Shown in pieces: positions 1 to 13,300 of a stretch of 64,000 nt of DNA (position 1 is the first letter of the stretch; each line of letters opens with the position of its first letter). The notes under the pieces are model-generated. The model made no database searches and was not told the DNA's origin. It saw only the letters and a list, made by a program, of their open reading frames with translations. Both the position numbers and the translations under genes were made by a program. Source of the stretch: Monocercomonoides exilis PA203 (lineage: Eukaryota > Protista > Preaxostyla); the NCBI GenBank assembly GCA_001643675.2, contig LSRY02000027.1, positions 868,001-932,000 of the forward strand. Reading direction: 5' to 3'.

Positions 1-3000
1 AAAAAAAGAAGTGGTGGCAATTGTCGAGGAGGCTGTGGTGTTTTGAGTGTTCAACTGAGCCGATGAGAGTGTGCTGTCGAACGAGCAAAAAAACTGCTGC
101 TGTTCATCATGATCATCACCTCCTTCTTCTTCTCTTCCTCTTCCCCTTCTTTTTTTGTTGCTGCTTGTTCAAGTCTTGTTTCGAAAGTGTCTTTATGTGA
201 TGTAGTTATCTTGTTATTCTCGTTCTTCATCATCTTCTTCTTTGGCATTTCCTGCTGTCTCCCTTTCCTCTGCTCTGCACTCAACTAACTTCTGAGCTCA
301 GCGGTCTTTGCCTCTTCTCTTTGAACATGCGCTTCTCTCTCTTCGCTTCTTGGTATTGTCAATGAGCGAGAAGATGTGCGCAATGAGCCAAACAGCTCCT
401 CCCCCCTTCCGTTGCCATTTTTCATGTGACGCCCATTCACCTCATTCACTCCGTTCAGCACAGCCTGATTGTGGAATCCGTACGAAGTGCTGAAGCAGAG
501 CTGAATGTACTACTGCAAAAAAGGAAAACAGTTCAGATGTGTATTCAGCAAAGCTGCAGAATGCATCGATAACGAAGATGATGATGTTGAGAGAAAAGAA
601 ACAGAATAATGAAATTTTCAGTTCAATTTTGTAGCTCTGTTAAATGACTCTAACATATGAATCAAAATGTCGATGATCTGATTCATCAGAATGTGAGAGA
701 AATCAACAAAGAAAATATTAAAGAAGTTGAGAGAATGAAAAGACGCAGAAGAAGATGAAGGCGTGGTGATTGAGAGATGTGAAATCAGTCGAACGATATT
801 TCCGAAGAAAAATATGAATTCAATGTGATGTTTTCATTAAATGCAAGATCGTATAAAGCAAGTTGACTCCACAAGAAGGTAATTATTCAAATTGCAAATA
901 TTTTGGCTGATGTTCTGTTATTCTTCAATCAAGTTGGATTTCATCAAAGTCAATTCACTAACTGTTTGCGATTTCCTCTTCTTTCGCTTCAAAAATAGAA
1001 AATGCAAATCTCTCTCAATTTCCTTTCCTTTCCATTTCCATCTTCCATTCAGCTCACAAAATTCTCTGAAAATATCAATACCCTCCTTTTCTTCATCTTT
1101 CCCATTCTCTTTCATAAAATCTTCTTCTCTTGCAATAAATATCCCTCTTCCATTTGAATATTTCACAATTGTCCTCTTCTTTCCCGCCTTTGCCCTCTTT
1201 TCCTTCTCTTCGAAATCCATTTCTCAAATCAACAATAAACACGTCCCTCGTCATCCTCAACCACTTCTCTATATGTTTTCTATATATTATTCTCTAAATC
1301 TCCACCTGCTCTTCCCCACCCATTTGTCTCCAAATTTCTTCCATTCAAAAATCTCTCCCGAAATATAAATATTCAAAAATATCCTCAACTTCCACCCCCT
1401 TCCACAAATAATCCTCTTCCATCTCCTCTCTGCCCCATATCCCTCCTGCACATGGTGTTGATGAGATAAACACAAAATACTGTCTGGATGTCTGAAAACA
1501 TTTTTTAAGGGGTAGATCATAACATAAATAGAAAAAACACCTCTGGACATCCACCACAATGTGTACAGGCTGAGAAGACCATTCCAATGGGATATATGCA
1601 ATATATTGTGGAGATTTATTCCGAGCCGCAATTTGACCACTCTTCGGTTGAAGCTGAAGAGTGTTTTTTTTTTTTTTTTGAATGATAATGGCTGTGGAAA
1701 TGAGTGTGTTTGGCAAAAAACAGTCGAAGGGCAGTTTGGTATTATTTTATTTTTATTTATATGAATATTTATCTGTTGAATGTTTTTGTGTTGTTTTCAG
1801 GGCAACAGACGGTAAAGAATGAAAATGAATAAAAGCTTTATATCTCGTAATGCAAGGTGACCATAAAGTTGAGCCAGCAGATTCATATGGAAAGTGGGAA
1901 TGATAGATGGATTGAGAAGGAAATAAGAGCTGTTAATTTCTGAAGAAAAACAATCTGTTTAAAATCGAGAAAGATGGAACTGAACGGAAGGCAAAAACAT
2001 TTCATATTTCAGAATTGAAGGAAATCAATATATTCGAGAGAGAGAAATAAAATTTGGAAAAGATGATTGGATAATCAGTTGATAAAACTGTTGAAAATTT
2101 ATTGTTTTCATTTATTATTTATCTATTTCAACTTATCTTATTCTATTCGTTTTCAATAACATTATTTTACTGTTTTTTCCTTAAAAAATAGATTTATAGC
2201 GTATTATAATAATTATTATCATGTTTAATTGAAGATTGAATGAGTGTTCTGTTCTGTTTATTTAAGAATTGATATTTTCAAATGTCTTTTTCTTTTTTAT
2301 CAAATTTTGTAATAAAAACAATTTAAAATTAAATTAAAAGTAACAAACAATTAATAGTTGTAATATATTAAACTTTATTTTTATGCAATTTCAAAAAAAT
2401 TAATCTTTTCAACCCCACCCTTAATGAAAATTTTTTATGATCAAACGTCGGAATTTTTTATGATGTCAAAAAAAAACACCCACATGATAATTGTTTTCAA
2501 TATATACATGTTTTTGCTGAATAAAAAATAACAAAGGAAAAAAATTTTCTTTTTCACATTTCAAAGTTCATTGGTTAATATTCCAGAGAAATGTTCGAAC
2601 TGAAATTTTTGTTAGAATAAATATGATTTCAAAAATAAACATCCACATTCAAAAAATTTTTTTCTCTAAATTTTTTTTCTTTGTTTTATTTTGCACGAAA
2701 ATGAAAGACTTATTATGATTTTATTTGCCTTAAATGTTTAAAACAAATCTTTGTATTTTTTCTTAAAAACAAGAATTTTGCCACATATCATAATGAGTCC
2801 ACATTCTCATTTATAAAAAAAATAAGAATTATCATATAAATGAGTCATATATAAGGAAATGTTGAGTGAAACAAAATTCGTTTGTTATTTTATTTTTAAT
2901 TAACACTTTTGTTAATTTTTCAGAAAAAATAATAATTCATTATAAATTCAAATTTCTGTTCCAATTCAAAAATGTTCACTGGAATGATTTCAATTGCGTT

Positions 3001-3194
3001 GCAAAAAACATGTTTAATGAAAATTTTTATTGCTTTTTGTATTTTGTTTTAAACAACGCTTTCTTATATTATTTTCGGATTTTCAATTTTTCGATTTTTT
3101 TTTGTTTGTTTGTTTTAAAATCTAAGACCTGTAATTCTCTTCAAACAGATAAAAAAGGTGCAAATTTTTTTCTATTCTTTCATTTTAAAGAATA

Positions 3195-3600
3195 TTGTTA
3201 GTGTTAATAATGGTGGATACCAACAATAACTGTGGACAGTGGAATTTTTTCAACAATCATTGATAGTTGCTTATTTATAATTGACCCAATTATTCCCTCA
3301 TTGAATACAAACTTTTTTGTCATATTAAAATGAAACATCTTGCACCCAAGAATCAAAAACTGAACAGATTCAATTTTTGGAGAAACTCTGAATTTAATGA
3401 TTCTCCGAGTTTCTCCGAAAAGAAAATAAAAGTGGATAAAAATATTACAGTGTTCAATAAGTGATTTTAACAATTCGTATCAGTTCATATTCATTGAAGG
3501 AATAATTGGATTTATTGTCAAAATGCAACTGTCAACGGTTGTTAAGATAATGCGACTGTCCACAGTTATTGAAAATATCCACTATTATTAACATTAATAA
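3195..3600. mobile_element. 406-bp MITE (family A, copy 1), long imperfect TIRs, TA target duplication (Tc1/mariner-type)
   Basis: Left end TTGTTAGTGTTAATAATGGTGGA...TGTGGACAGT is the reverse complement of right end ACTGTCCACAGTTATTGAAAATATCCACTATTATTAACATTAATAA. TA lies on both flanks (3193-94, 3601-02). Internal GGAGAAACTC/GAGTTTCTCC palindrome. A same-length homologue lies at 42367-42772. Confidence 0.85.
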
Positions 3601-3685
3601 TATTGCCTTTTTTCTATTCGAGGAAATTTTAGGAAAATATGTAATTTTCACTTTTTATTATTTGACATGAATGATTTATATGTTT

Positions 3686-3708
3686 ATATATATATATATA
3701 TATATATA
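3686..3708. repeat. (TA)n microsatellite
   Basis: Run of TATATA... visible directly. Confidence 0.85.
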
Positions 3709-3879
3709 TTTTCAAAAAAAGGATTTTTATTTAAAATTATTTTTTTTTAACAAAATTTATTGTTATTTATTTGCAAATGGGTGATTTTTTTATTAAAATC
3801 ATCCTATTTTAATCAATAATTTTCGGTTCGAAAATTACAGTTGAATAGTTACAAATGAACACAAAAAAGTTATAACACC

Positions 3880-4119
3880 TGTCTAAATTTTTTTGAAAAG
3901 TTCCTTTTGTTGAATTTTCAAAAAATAAAAAATTTCATATTTCTATCAAATTTCTGTTTTCACTCACGAAACCACACAAAAACGGATAAAATAACGTTGT
4001 CAAGGATTTGTTTCAATGACAGCAAAATTTGGTGAGTGAAAACAGAAATTTGATAGAAATATGAAAATTTTTATTTTTTGAAAATTCAACAAAAGGAACT
4101 TTTCAAAAAAATTTAGACA
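3880..4119. mobile_element. Fold-back element/MITE (family B) with 88-bp inverted arms
   Basis: 3880-3967 and 4032-4119 are reverse complements with about 1 mismatch and a 64-bp spacer. ACCT lies at 3877-3880 and 4119-4122, a possible 4-bp TSD if the element is 3881-4118. Confidence 0.8.
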
Positions 4120-4379
4120 CCTTTCGAAAATAATATTTCTCAAAAATGATTTCTTACGCCTTCTTTTTTTCAAAATCATCTTTATTCTCATTTTTAAATG
4201 AATTAATTCACTTCAAATTGATCAAATCTTCAAAGCTTCAACACTCTGAAAGAAGATACGATTTCAAAATCAATTGCACATACTCTTATTCAATGTCATA
4301 TAAACTATAGTGCAATAAAAATATTGATTTCTAATCCACTTTCGCTCCATTAACAACAAAGATAAAAAATTTAAACATA

Positions 4380-4487
4380 TTTTTGAGAAGTTCCTTTTGT
4401 TTAACATTCAGGTAAAAATGAAAATTTGTTGAAAATTTACGGTTTTTATTTTCATCTGAATGCTAAACAAAAGGAACTTCGCAAAAA
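4380..4487. repeat. Short degenerate hairpin related to family B
   Basis: TTTTGAGAAGTTCCTTTTGTTTAACATTCAG ... CTGAATGCTAAACAAAAGGAACTTCGCAAAA. It shares the AAGTTCCTTTTGTT core with 3880-4119. Confidence 0.65.
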
Positions 4488-4841
4488 AATTTTTTTAATA
4501 AATGATCAAAACCATTTCTTCAATATAAGTCCTTAAGAATTACTGATAAAAACAAAAAGAATGCTTTGATACAGCATTCTTTTTTTATTATTTATTTATT
4601 ATTTATTTATTTTTTTTTTAATTTTGCATAAAAGAAGAAAAACACATCACAATTCAAAATAATGAAATAAATTTTTGATGAAGTGAATATTTTTGACAAA
4701 TTTGTAAATATTTGAAAATGAAGCATAAATCTTCAATCAACAATTAAAGCTTTATTGAAAATATTTATTGATAATATTAACAACAATCACTTTCAAAGCA
4801 TTCCATGTAAATATGCACATTGATAGTCTTCGTTATCTGCT

Positions 4842-7090
4842 TTACGTTTGCTCTGTTTCAATCTTTTCAACTTGGTGTACTAAGAAGAAAAATTTAGCAA
4901 GAAACATTCGGATAAGTCTGCTAAAGTGGAACAAATGAAATGATGAATGATTAAATTTATCAAAAGATGCTGAAGAACGAATCGATGGCTTTTGTCTCGC
5001 ATCTGAGTTTGAGGAATAGTCAGAATCTGACTCTGACGAGGAAATTGAAGATGAAGATGATTCAGAACTGCTCTCTTCAGATGAACTTCCAACGTCATCG
5101 TCATCCTCTTCTTTTCGACTTCGCTTTTGTTTTGTCTCGATAGACACATTCGATTTATTGAAATGGGCTTTCTTTTGCTTCTTGCTATCCTTCTTATCCT
5201 TCTTCTTCTTTTTGTTCTTCACAACTGCTGTCTTCCTTTCAAGTCTTTTCTCAACCTCTCGTTCTATTTGGTCTGCCCATCCTTTTTCTGGTTGCCATTC
5301 ATGCTCTTTCACAAGCGTCGACAGAAAATGCAACGGGAAACTGAGCGAATTTGAAAGGGTCGAGATATCAACTGCAGAAGAAGAAACATTTGTTGTTTTT
5401 GCTTTTGCTTGTGAAGAAGAAGAAGAAGAAGAAGATGCTTTTTCTTCAGTTGAACAAAGAAATGCACGAATGGACGAAACATCACCAATTGAAGATGGCA
5501 AAACAGAATCTTTCAAAATCTCTTCAAAACTCTCTTTTCCATCATCATCTTCATCATCATTTCCTTCTTCTCCTTTCATTGACAGCACATCCGCCTTGCA
5601 AGCATTCGCAACGAGATCGCAAATAGCAGAGCACAAATCTGACAAAATCTGTCTCTTTTTCGTTTCCATTGACTCTGTGCACAAAGGGACGATTCGAGAT
5701 AAATAGTGAAATGGTGAAGTGTTTGATATTTCATCTTCTTCATCTTCATCTTCATCTTCCTCTTCCATCTCTTCCTCTTCTTCATTTCCATCTTTCTCGC
5801 CAGTGCTTTCTGCTGAATTTTCATCATTTTCATTTGTTCCTTTCTTTTTCTTTTTCTTTTCAGATATTCTTTCATTTCTCGCATTTTCCATTAACATACT
5901 GTTTTCATCTTTCAATTTTGCAATCAAATTTCTTTTGATTTGCACAAATGTCTTTAGAATTTGTTGCAAAAACAGAATATATGGATCAGAATTCGAAGCA
6001 TAACCTTCTTTAAGCATTTGTTCAGATTGCTTACGAAGATCTGATGCTTCTGATTGCTCGGCTTTGTTTGCTTCACTTTCATTCGGATCTGCATTCAAGG
6101 TTGATGTATCCAGTGCACTTTGTATGTCAAAACCGTTCATGAATGAAAGAGAGGTAATTGGATTTTGAGTGGCAGGATTTATAAAGCCCGTTATAGTTGA
6201 ACTTTGAGACATAAATGAAGATTCTTGGGTCTTTCTCCACAATCTGGTTTCTCTCTTCACTTCGTCCACTCCATTACGGTAAATAACAAAAGGAACAATA
6301 GGTTCTTCAAAATAACGATCTCTGTCTTTCCCATTGTATTTTGGATCACTTTGGCTCAATTCGTCCACTTCATAATCAGGAATCACAGCACGAGATACAA
6401 CACCACGAGAAAAATGAACCATTTCCAAGTGGAAAAAGTCGTGGTAAAGCCGAGCATTTGAAGGATTTAGACGAAGACCGTGCTGAAGAATTGAACGTGC
6501 AAAAATAATCCCCTTTCCATGATCAAGTTCAAAAAATGACGATAATGAAAATAATACGATAGAATGCGGATTCAACTTCAAAGCTTTTGCAAATGTTTGA
6601 CTAAGAGAATGGAAGCTTCCCTCCGAAACGCTATATTGAGCATATTTCATCCATTGATTAATGTCATGAGGATATTTTTTGAGCATTTTTTGATAAAGAT
6701 GATGAATTCTCTGAACCATTTTGGTTTCGGTATTTACACGTGTTTTTCCTATAATGAAAATATAAAATTATAACAAATTACAATTGAAAAAAAGAATACC
6801 AAGTATCTTTTTTCTAATTCGCAATAATCTTAAAAGCTGGACTTCATAATTTATGAAATGTTCATAATCTGAAACTAATGGCATATGTTGTGAAATTCTG
6901 GTATAATAATCATCTCGCTTATCCAAAATTTTCTTTAACTCTTCCTAAAAACGTTAATAATTGTTGTTTCAGATATAATGCAAGAGCAACAAAACAAAAA
7001 ATGACATACCGCGGAAAAGAGTTTTCTTTTTTTAAGCTCATATATTTCTTCCGCTGAATTTTCTCTGAAAGAAGATATATAACGAGTCAT
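4842..7090 (-). CDS. UTP6: U3 snoRNA-associated protein 6 (UTP6/HAT-repeat), join(7090..7010,6944..6800,6748..4842), ~710 aa
   Basis: Spliced N-terminus MTRYISSFRENSAEEIYELKKRKLFSA|EELKKILDKRDDYYTRISQHMPLVSDYEHFINYEVQLLRLLRIRKK matches the UTP6 N-terminal motif. HAT-like segments follow (YQKMLKKYPHDINQWMKY, AKALKLNPHS, ARSILQHGLRLNPSNARLYHDFFHLE). Two GT-AG introns (7009-6945, 6799-6749) keep frame. The 3' end is less certain. Confidence 0.85.
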
Positions 7091-7285
7091 TCAGATATTT
7101 TCTATTTAGATCTTTACCCTTTACTTTATCTTTCAAAAATCTCTTTTTTTCTGTATCTCAATTTAAAATACAGTAACGTTTTGCGCTCGTTGAAAAAACT
7201 TATCTTTATTTATTTGTATGCTTATATTTATAGTTAAATTTTTATTTAAGTATTGTTTATGAATATTTTTTCAGTGTTTACAATA
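7091..7285. promoter_or_regulatory. Probable bidirectional promoter between UTP6 and the TRPML-like gene
   Basis: 195 bp between divergent start codons (7090 on -, 7286 on +). Inferred from position only. Confidence 0.5.
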
Positions 7286-9557
7286 ATGGAACAACAGCGC
7301 AGCCGTTGGCTTCAATATAAAGAGGGTTCGTTAGAAGATAAAATCACACTGAGTCCAATAGAGAAATGGAAAAGATACAGAATATTTCCATCAAAGCTGG
7401 TCATTCAATGCGTAACATCTTTATTTGTTGTTGCACAATTCTTTTTGCCAAATTTTACATCGGATCGAGAAGTTACTTCGAATATCGCTCAACTTTCAGG
7501 CTTCTTCTTACCAGAAGATTACGATCATTACGACAGAAAAGAGCAAACATACATTTTTTATAGTAAAGATGCATTTTTGAATCATCTAAAGCACATTTCG
7601 TCTTCATTTTTTGAATTTCAAAAGATTGTAATCGGAGGATATGTTTTGGAGCTTGATGACTCACCTCCTATTTCGACCTATACTCATTTTAATTCTTGGC
7701 CAACTGATGGTTCAATCCCTCCTTTTTCAACTCGAACTAGTATCAAGCAATTTACGTTAACAAAAGAAACACCATTTGGACCTTTTGGCGGAACCGAAGA
7801 AGAAATTCTGTATAATGTCCGCAGGATGAAAAAATATGAAATTTCATTTTTTCTTTCTGAGCTGAGGCATAATTGGGCACATGGTGTCAGTGAGTGCGTG
7901 TGGGAGGCACGCGTAGAATACTCCTTTGAAAAACGCGGAATAATTTCAGTTGGAGTTAATTATGTTCGCAGGATGACGCGCCTTGCAGCAGGGGAATTCA
8001 TCAGGATTGGCATTGATGTATGCTTGATGATACTTGCAATATGGTCAATCGTCCTTGTTTTGCGCTCTTTCATTCAATCTTTTTTCATCATGCTCGAGGT
8101 GAAAAAGACTTACAATGAACATTATGCTAAAGGAGAATTTGTTATTCCATGGTCAGCGCTGCCCGTTTCGCAGAAGATGAGGTTCTTCAACGGATGGGAT
8201 GGGCTGACACTGATTTCTTCTTTTAGCAGCTTCACTGGAGCTCTTATTGAAGTTTGTACTTACCTTTTTTTTTTTTTTGACTTATTCATTTAATTTTCTT
8301 TTCTGTTGATAATTGTTTGAAATCGAAACATTTATTAAATTTCAATGTGACCTTTATTTTTTGCTAACTGATCGTGCAAAATCAAATTAGATTTTATCTT
8401 TAACTGGAGGAACTGTTGGTTCTTCTTCATTTGGCAATATCTTCAGGGGAATCGGAGCTCTTCTCGTCTTTATGAACTATCTTCGCTTCCTCGATTTTTC
8501 CAAGCAGTATTCCATGTCTATTCGCGTCTGTGGAAACGCAATGCCAGTTTTCTTCAACATCGTCATTTCTTCACTTCCTTTCTATTTAGGCTTTATTTTA
8601 GTCGGATGCGCAGTGTATTCATCTCGCTGTGAGTGGTACGCGGGTGTTGTACAGACGGCTTTAACATTGTGGGGGCTGATGAACGGAGATTCCGTTCTGG
8701 ACATCTGGAATCGAATGTTTACTGTCTCTCCATTCTTCTCTTTCTTTTTTCTCTTCACATTTGTCATGCTGTTCATATACGTCATTGTCAACTTGTTCTA
8801 TTCAATCATCGAAGAAGCATACTTCCTGACAAAGCAGCGTCTTTACTCAGATTGGGAATATAAAGAGGCTTCTGGCGTTTCTGATGCCAAATGGGATAGC
8901 CTTCTACTTGCGCTCAATCAAAACGCAAAGAAGAAGGATAGAATTGCACAAGAAGCTTATCGAAGAGAAGAAGCGATTCGAAGAAGAGAGAGGAAAGAAA
9001 GAATTCTCGCAAAGATGAAACAGATTCCTGGTAACGTTCAAGTTGAAGAGTTCACTCGAGGCCGAAAGAAAAGAAATACACCTGAAATGAAGGTTTTTGA
9101 GAGCAAAAAAATGAGCTCTTCTGAAGATGCGACTGATGTTAATGCAATTCCTCTTGTTCCAGTTAAATTTAGCAACAGCAATATTCTAGCCGAATCACAA
9201 AACGAAAACCAGCGAAATCAAAATTCATCAGATTCGTTTTCGTTCGAGGCTAACAAACGAAGTCCGCCCCAAGACTCTGTATATCGTCCAAGTCGCCCAA
9301 CTTCTCTTCCAGCTCATTCAATTTCGTCAGCTCAAAACGTGAACGAGAACATGCGAAATTTGAATACACTTCACAATTATTCAGCATCATCTGATTCTTC
9401 TTCCCACGAATCACTTCACTCAAAGATTGTTTCTCCTTATCCAAATTCTTCAATTAATTCTGTTGATAGCGATATTTCCATTATCGGGAGTAGCTCTTCT
9501 GCTTTGTCTGACAATGATTTTGACTTTTTTATGAAATCATCGAATCATCGTAATTGA
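7286..9557 (+). CDS. Mucolipin/TRPML-like (polycystin family) cation channel, join(7286..8251,8391..9557), ~710 aa
   Basis: Pre-S1 SPIEKWKRYRIFPSKLVIQ, large S1-S2 loop, S3 FFNGW, S4 GIGALLVFMNYLRFL, pore LWGLMNGDSVLDIW and S6 FVMLFIYVIVNLFYSIIEEAY all resemble mucolipin motifs. Phase-0 intron 8252-8390 has GT, a GCTAAC branch point and AG. Confidence 0.88.
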
Positions 9558-10329
9558 TGAATAGTCTGAAAAGGTATTTTTGCGTATTTTTTCAAAATTT
9601 CGAATTTTTTTTGTTTGGTTTAATAAATTTGTTAATTTTACGCTTAACTTTTCTTTACCAATTTTTTTGGTTTTCTTTATTTACAAAATTTAATTTATTC
9701 TTATTTGATGAGCGTTGATCACATTTTTGTTGAAAACAAAAATCTTTATATTCTTTTAATCCTTTTTTCCAAAAAATAAAAAAAGAAAGAAAAACTTCTT
9801 TATTTGGACAATTGTATTATTCATAGTGATACAGATAATTACTGAAAAAATTGAAAATAAACTTTTGCTTATTTTATATAGATCAATAAGTTCCCAGAAA
9901 AAACCAGTTGAAATTATTTGTTAAAGATAAAAGAAAGAAAATAATTCTAGTTAAAACAAATAAAAAAACATGTAATCAACAAAACGAAGATTTTGTTAAG
10001 CAAGAAGCTAATAAAAAGTCCTTTATTCAAAATATATGAATAACAAAAACAAATTTCGACTTTAAATAACATGAAAAAAAAAATAAAAAATTATATTTTA
10101 CAAGTAATCGGCAAGGAACTAGAAAATACAAACTGATTATAAAAAGACTCGCCGCTCATTAAAAAAATTCGAAAAGCTTAAAATTATCTTTAACAAAAAG
10201 CTAATAAATGAGAAAATCCCTTTGCTCTGACAAGATTGGATAACATTTAAAAAAATAAAAAATTTTGTTTATAAAAGCTAAAAGAAAATCTGAAAATGTT
10301 CAGTTTCCCCTTCAATGCTTGCACATTCT

Positions 10330-13300
10330 TTATTCAAGCTCGTCAATTAGCTCGCTAACTCTGTTTTCTCTAGCTTTTCTTAATTTTCTTTGCCTCTTTT
10401 TCTTTTTCTTTTTCCTTTTTTTCGACGTGCTATCTTGTTCAAAATCGACATCCCCTCCAAATTCATTTGCGTCTTCTGAAAAAACATCATTTTGGAACAG
10501 TTCATCTGTAAACAGTGCGTTGAAAAGGAAAGGATCCGATGTTATCATTGATTCAATATCAACTCCGTTTTCGATGTTGTTTGAAATTTCATTGGCATCA
10601 TCCATAAAAAGCTCGTTATCAGCAATGTTGTCAAATTCGCTCTTTCTTTCTCCCTCGTTAGTATTCCACTCTTCCTCATCTGCAGAAGGCTTTAACTCAT
10701 CGTCATTCCAAACAGAATCGAACATTGAAGACGCTAACATTTCATCAGAATCTCGATCGGTTGCACTTTCTGATGTTCTTGCGTATTCATAAGCATTCTC
10801 AAAGTTATCTGGTTGACGCATATCATCATTTGCTCCGTATTCTTCATCTGCAACAAACTCATCTAATTCTGAGTTTCGTTCAAAATCATTTTCATTCATC
10901 TGTGAAAGACCATCTGATTCAAGAATTGGCAGAGCTTGAACAACATTTTCAGAATGAGATTGGTCTGAAAAGACAAATGAATTTCTTTCAAGATCTCCAT
11001 CCATCTGGTCTTCTTCTTCCCCTTCCCAATCAATCATCTCTTCGTTTTCTTCAGTATCATATCTCATAAGATCTGACTCGGCATTCCTTTGAACAGCTGT
11101 TGATCGCCCATTCGGGCTTAACATTGTTCCGCTTGAAGCATTTTCTCTTTCTTCCAAGTCAATGGGAGTACCATATTCGTTATTTAGAGGTTCTTCATGT
11201 TGCTGAAATAGTTCATCACCATTAAAGGAAGGATAACCATCAGGAGCCTTGTTGAAGTTCGTTTCATTAAAATCATCGAATTCTTCTGATGAAGATGAAG
11301 CTGAAGCCGATGAAGCACGCTGTTTCGGAGTATTTCCTAGAATATTCTTGCTCAATGGATTTTTTGTTGTTTCAACAAATGAACTGTCTTGCATGGTACT
11401 TCTGATCGAGGTATTTTTCTTTTTGGAAAAAGTTGAACGATAAGTAGATTCAGTATCTGTTGGAGGACGCTTGTTCGGAGTAACCTGCGCTGTTGGAAGT
11501 GCGCCTGATGGATTGGAAGAAGAAGAAGAAGAAGAAGAAGCACCCACATCCACCACAATTCTCACTTGATCGTTTGACTCAACTTTGTTAGAATCTGAAT
11601 GCCTTCGCCTCCGTTCTTTCGCTTTTCTCGGTGAAGTTTGACTGGCTCTTGCACGTTCAGTTTCATTTTCTGTTCTGTTGTCTTCTGGCTGGCTTATGTC
11701 TTGGCTTTGTTTATTATTATTGGTCTTTCTTTTCTTTATCCATACGATTATAATGATTAGAGTTATTAAAGCAAGAAGGAACAAAACTCCAGCTAAAATT
11801 GGCAGCCAAATCATCTGTGACCCTTTTGAAACAGAATCATTTCCAGAAGAGGCATTTGGATCGTTGCTTCCATTGACAATTGGATCAGGCGATACAGCAA
11901 CTGTATTCAAGAAAAATGACGCTGCTGTTTTAACCTCCTCATTTGGATTCCAGAAAAGGACTTTTAGATAAAAATCTACATTTGCTGCTTCAATCTCTGA
12001 TGGAAGAGAAGTAACTGCTTTGAAAAGATCTTCCTTTACTTCAATCCAAAATGTTGTCTCATTTTCGAAGTTTTCAATTGGCTGATTGATTGAAGAATAA
12101 AGAGTTTCATTATTTGCATATGAATCAATAGAAACAGTTAAATTACACGGAAAGAGTAATTCGCCTGTGAAAGTCATTCTAACAGTTGAAGATGAACGCG
12201 AAGGCATCTGTGAATTGGAGCGCGAAGAAATTGAAATATTACCGTTAGATGATTGTGTATAAATTATTTCTTTGTTTGATTTTTCCGTTGATTCCGACTG
12301 AACTGGTAAAGTCGAATTCGACAGATCAGATCGTTTCATGTATTTAAGCTTTGGAATGAACCAAAATTGTCCGTATTCCTTGTCCGTTGGGTGAGTGAAT
12401 TTGCATTTGCGACTCAGAATCCAATCTGAACTTACCGAAGGAGGATTTGTTACAGTTATATTTGCACCGAAGCACAAAATATCTCTTTGAAGAGATGAAA
12501 ATGAATTGCTTTTCTCACTGTTGAAATAGAATGTTGAGTTTTCAAGAAATGCTGAACTTTCGCTTATATAAAGAGCTCCATCTGGGGAAGATCTGAAAAT
12601 TGACGATGAAAAATGAGCCTCAGAGTCGTCCACGCTTATCATAGACTTATTCCACTGACAAACAGTATGAAGTTCATTGACAGAATTCCCAGGATTATTA
12701 CTTAACAAAGGACTTGCGTTTCCGGAATCTCTCAAAAGTTTATTGTTATTGGAGACAGAAGTGAATGAATTTGATAATGAAGTTGGTATTGGAACAGATG
12801 GCAGAAAGCTTCCAACAAACTGGGTATTTATTACATTTAACACTCCACCACTAATTCGAAAACTAGTTCCCAAATCACTTCCTCCTCTGGTCTGAATAAA
12901 TAAGCACTCATCAATCGTGCAAGCACATCCTTCACACAAGACAACACTTCCATTTTGAGAGCTTTCACATTCAACAGTATCAAATTTGGAAGCAGTTAAA
13001 TTTAGATGTGCAGTTCGAGAATTCCTTCCAATAACAGAAACAAGCGAATTAGCTTTTGCTGTAACATTGTTAATGATCATCGATAATAATGAACATTTAC
13101 TGGCTTCGCTGAGTGATAACATTCCCTTTTCAAAACCAACATCAAACAATTCAAAGTTATCTAAATGAAGAATACAGCTTACTCCAGACACAAGGAAAAA
13201 TGCCATAGTCGATTGACTTGATGACTCTGGTTCTCCGTTATTTAACGAAAGCGTACAATTAAACACTGTTAAATTTGAAGCAGAAACGATGAACAACGAA

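Noticed and set aside
4842-9557. UTP6 and TRPML predicted CDSs are both 2133 nt
   Set aside because: No sequence similarity between them, so this is treated as coincidence.
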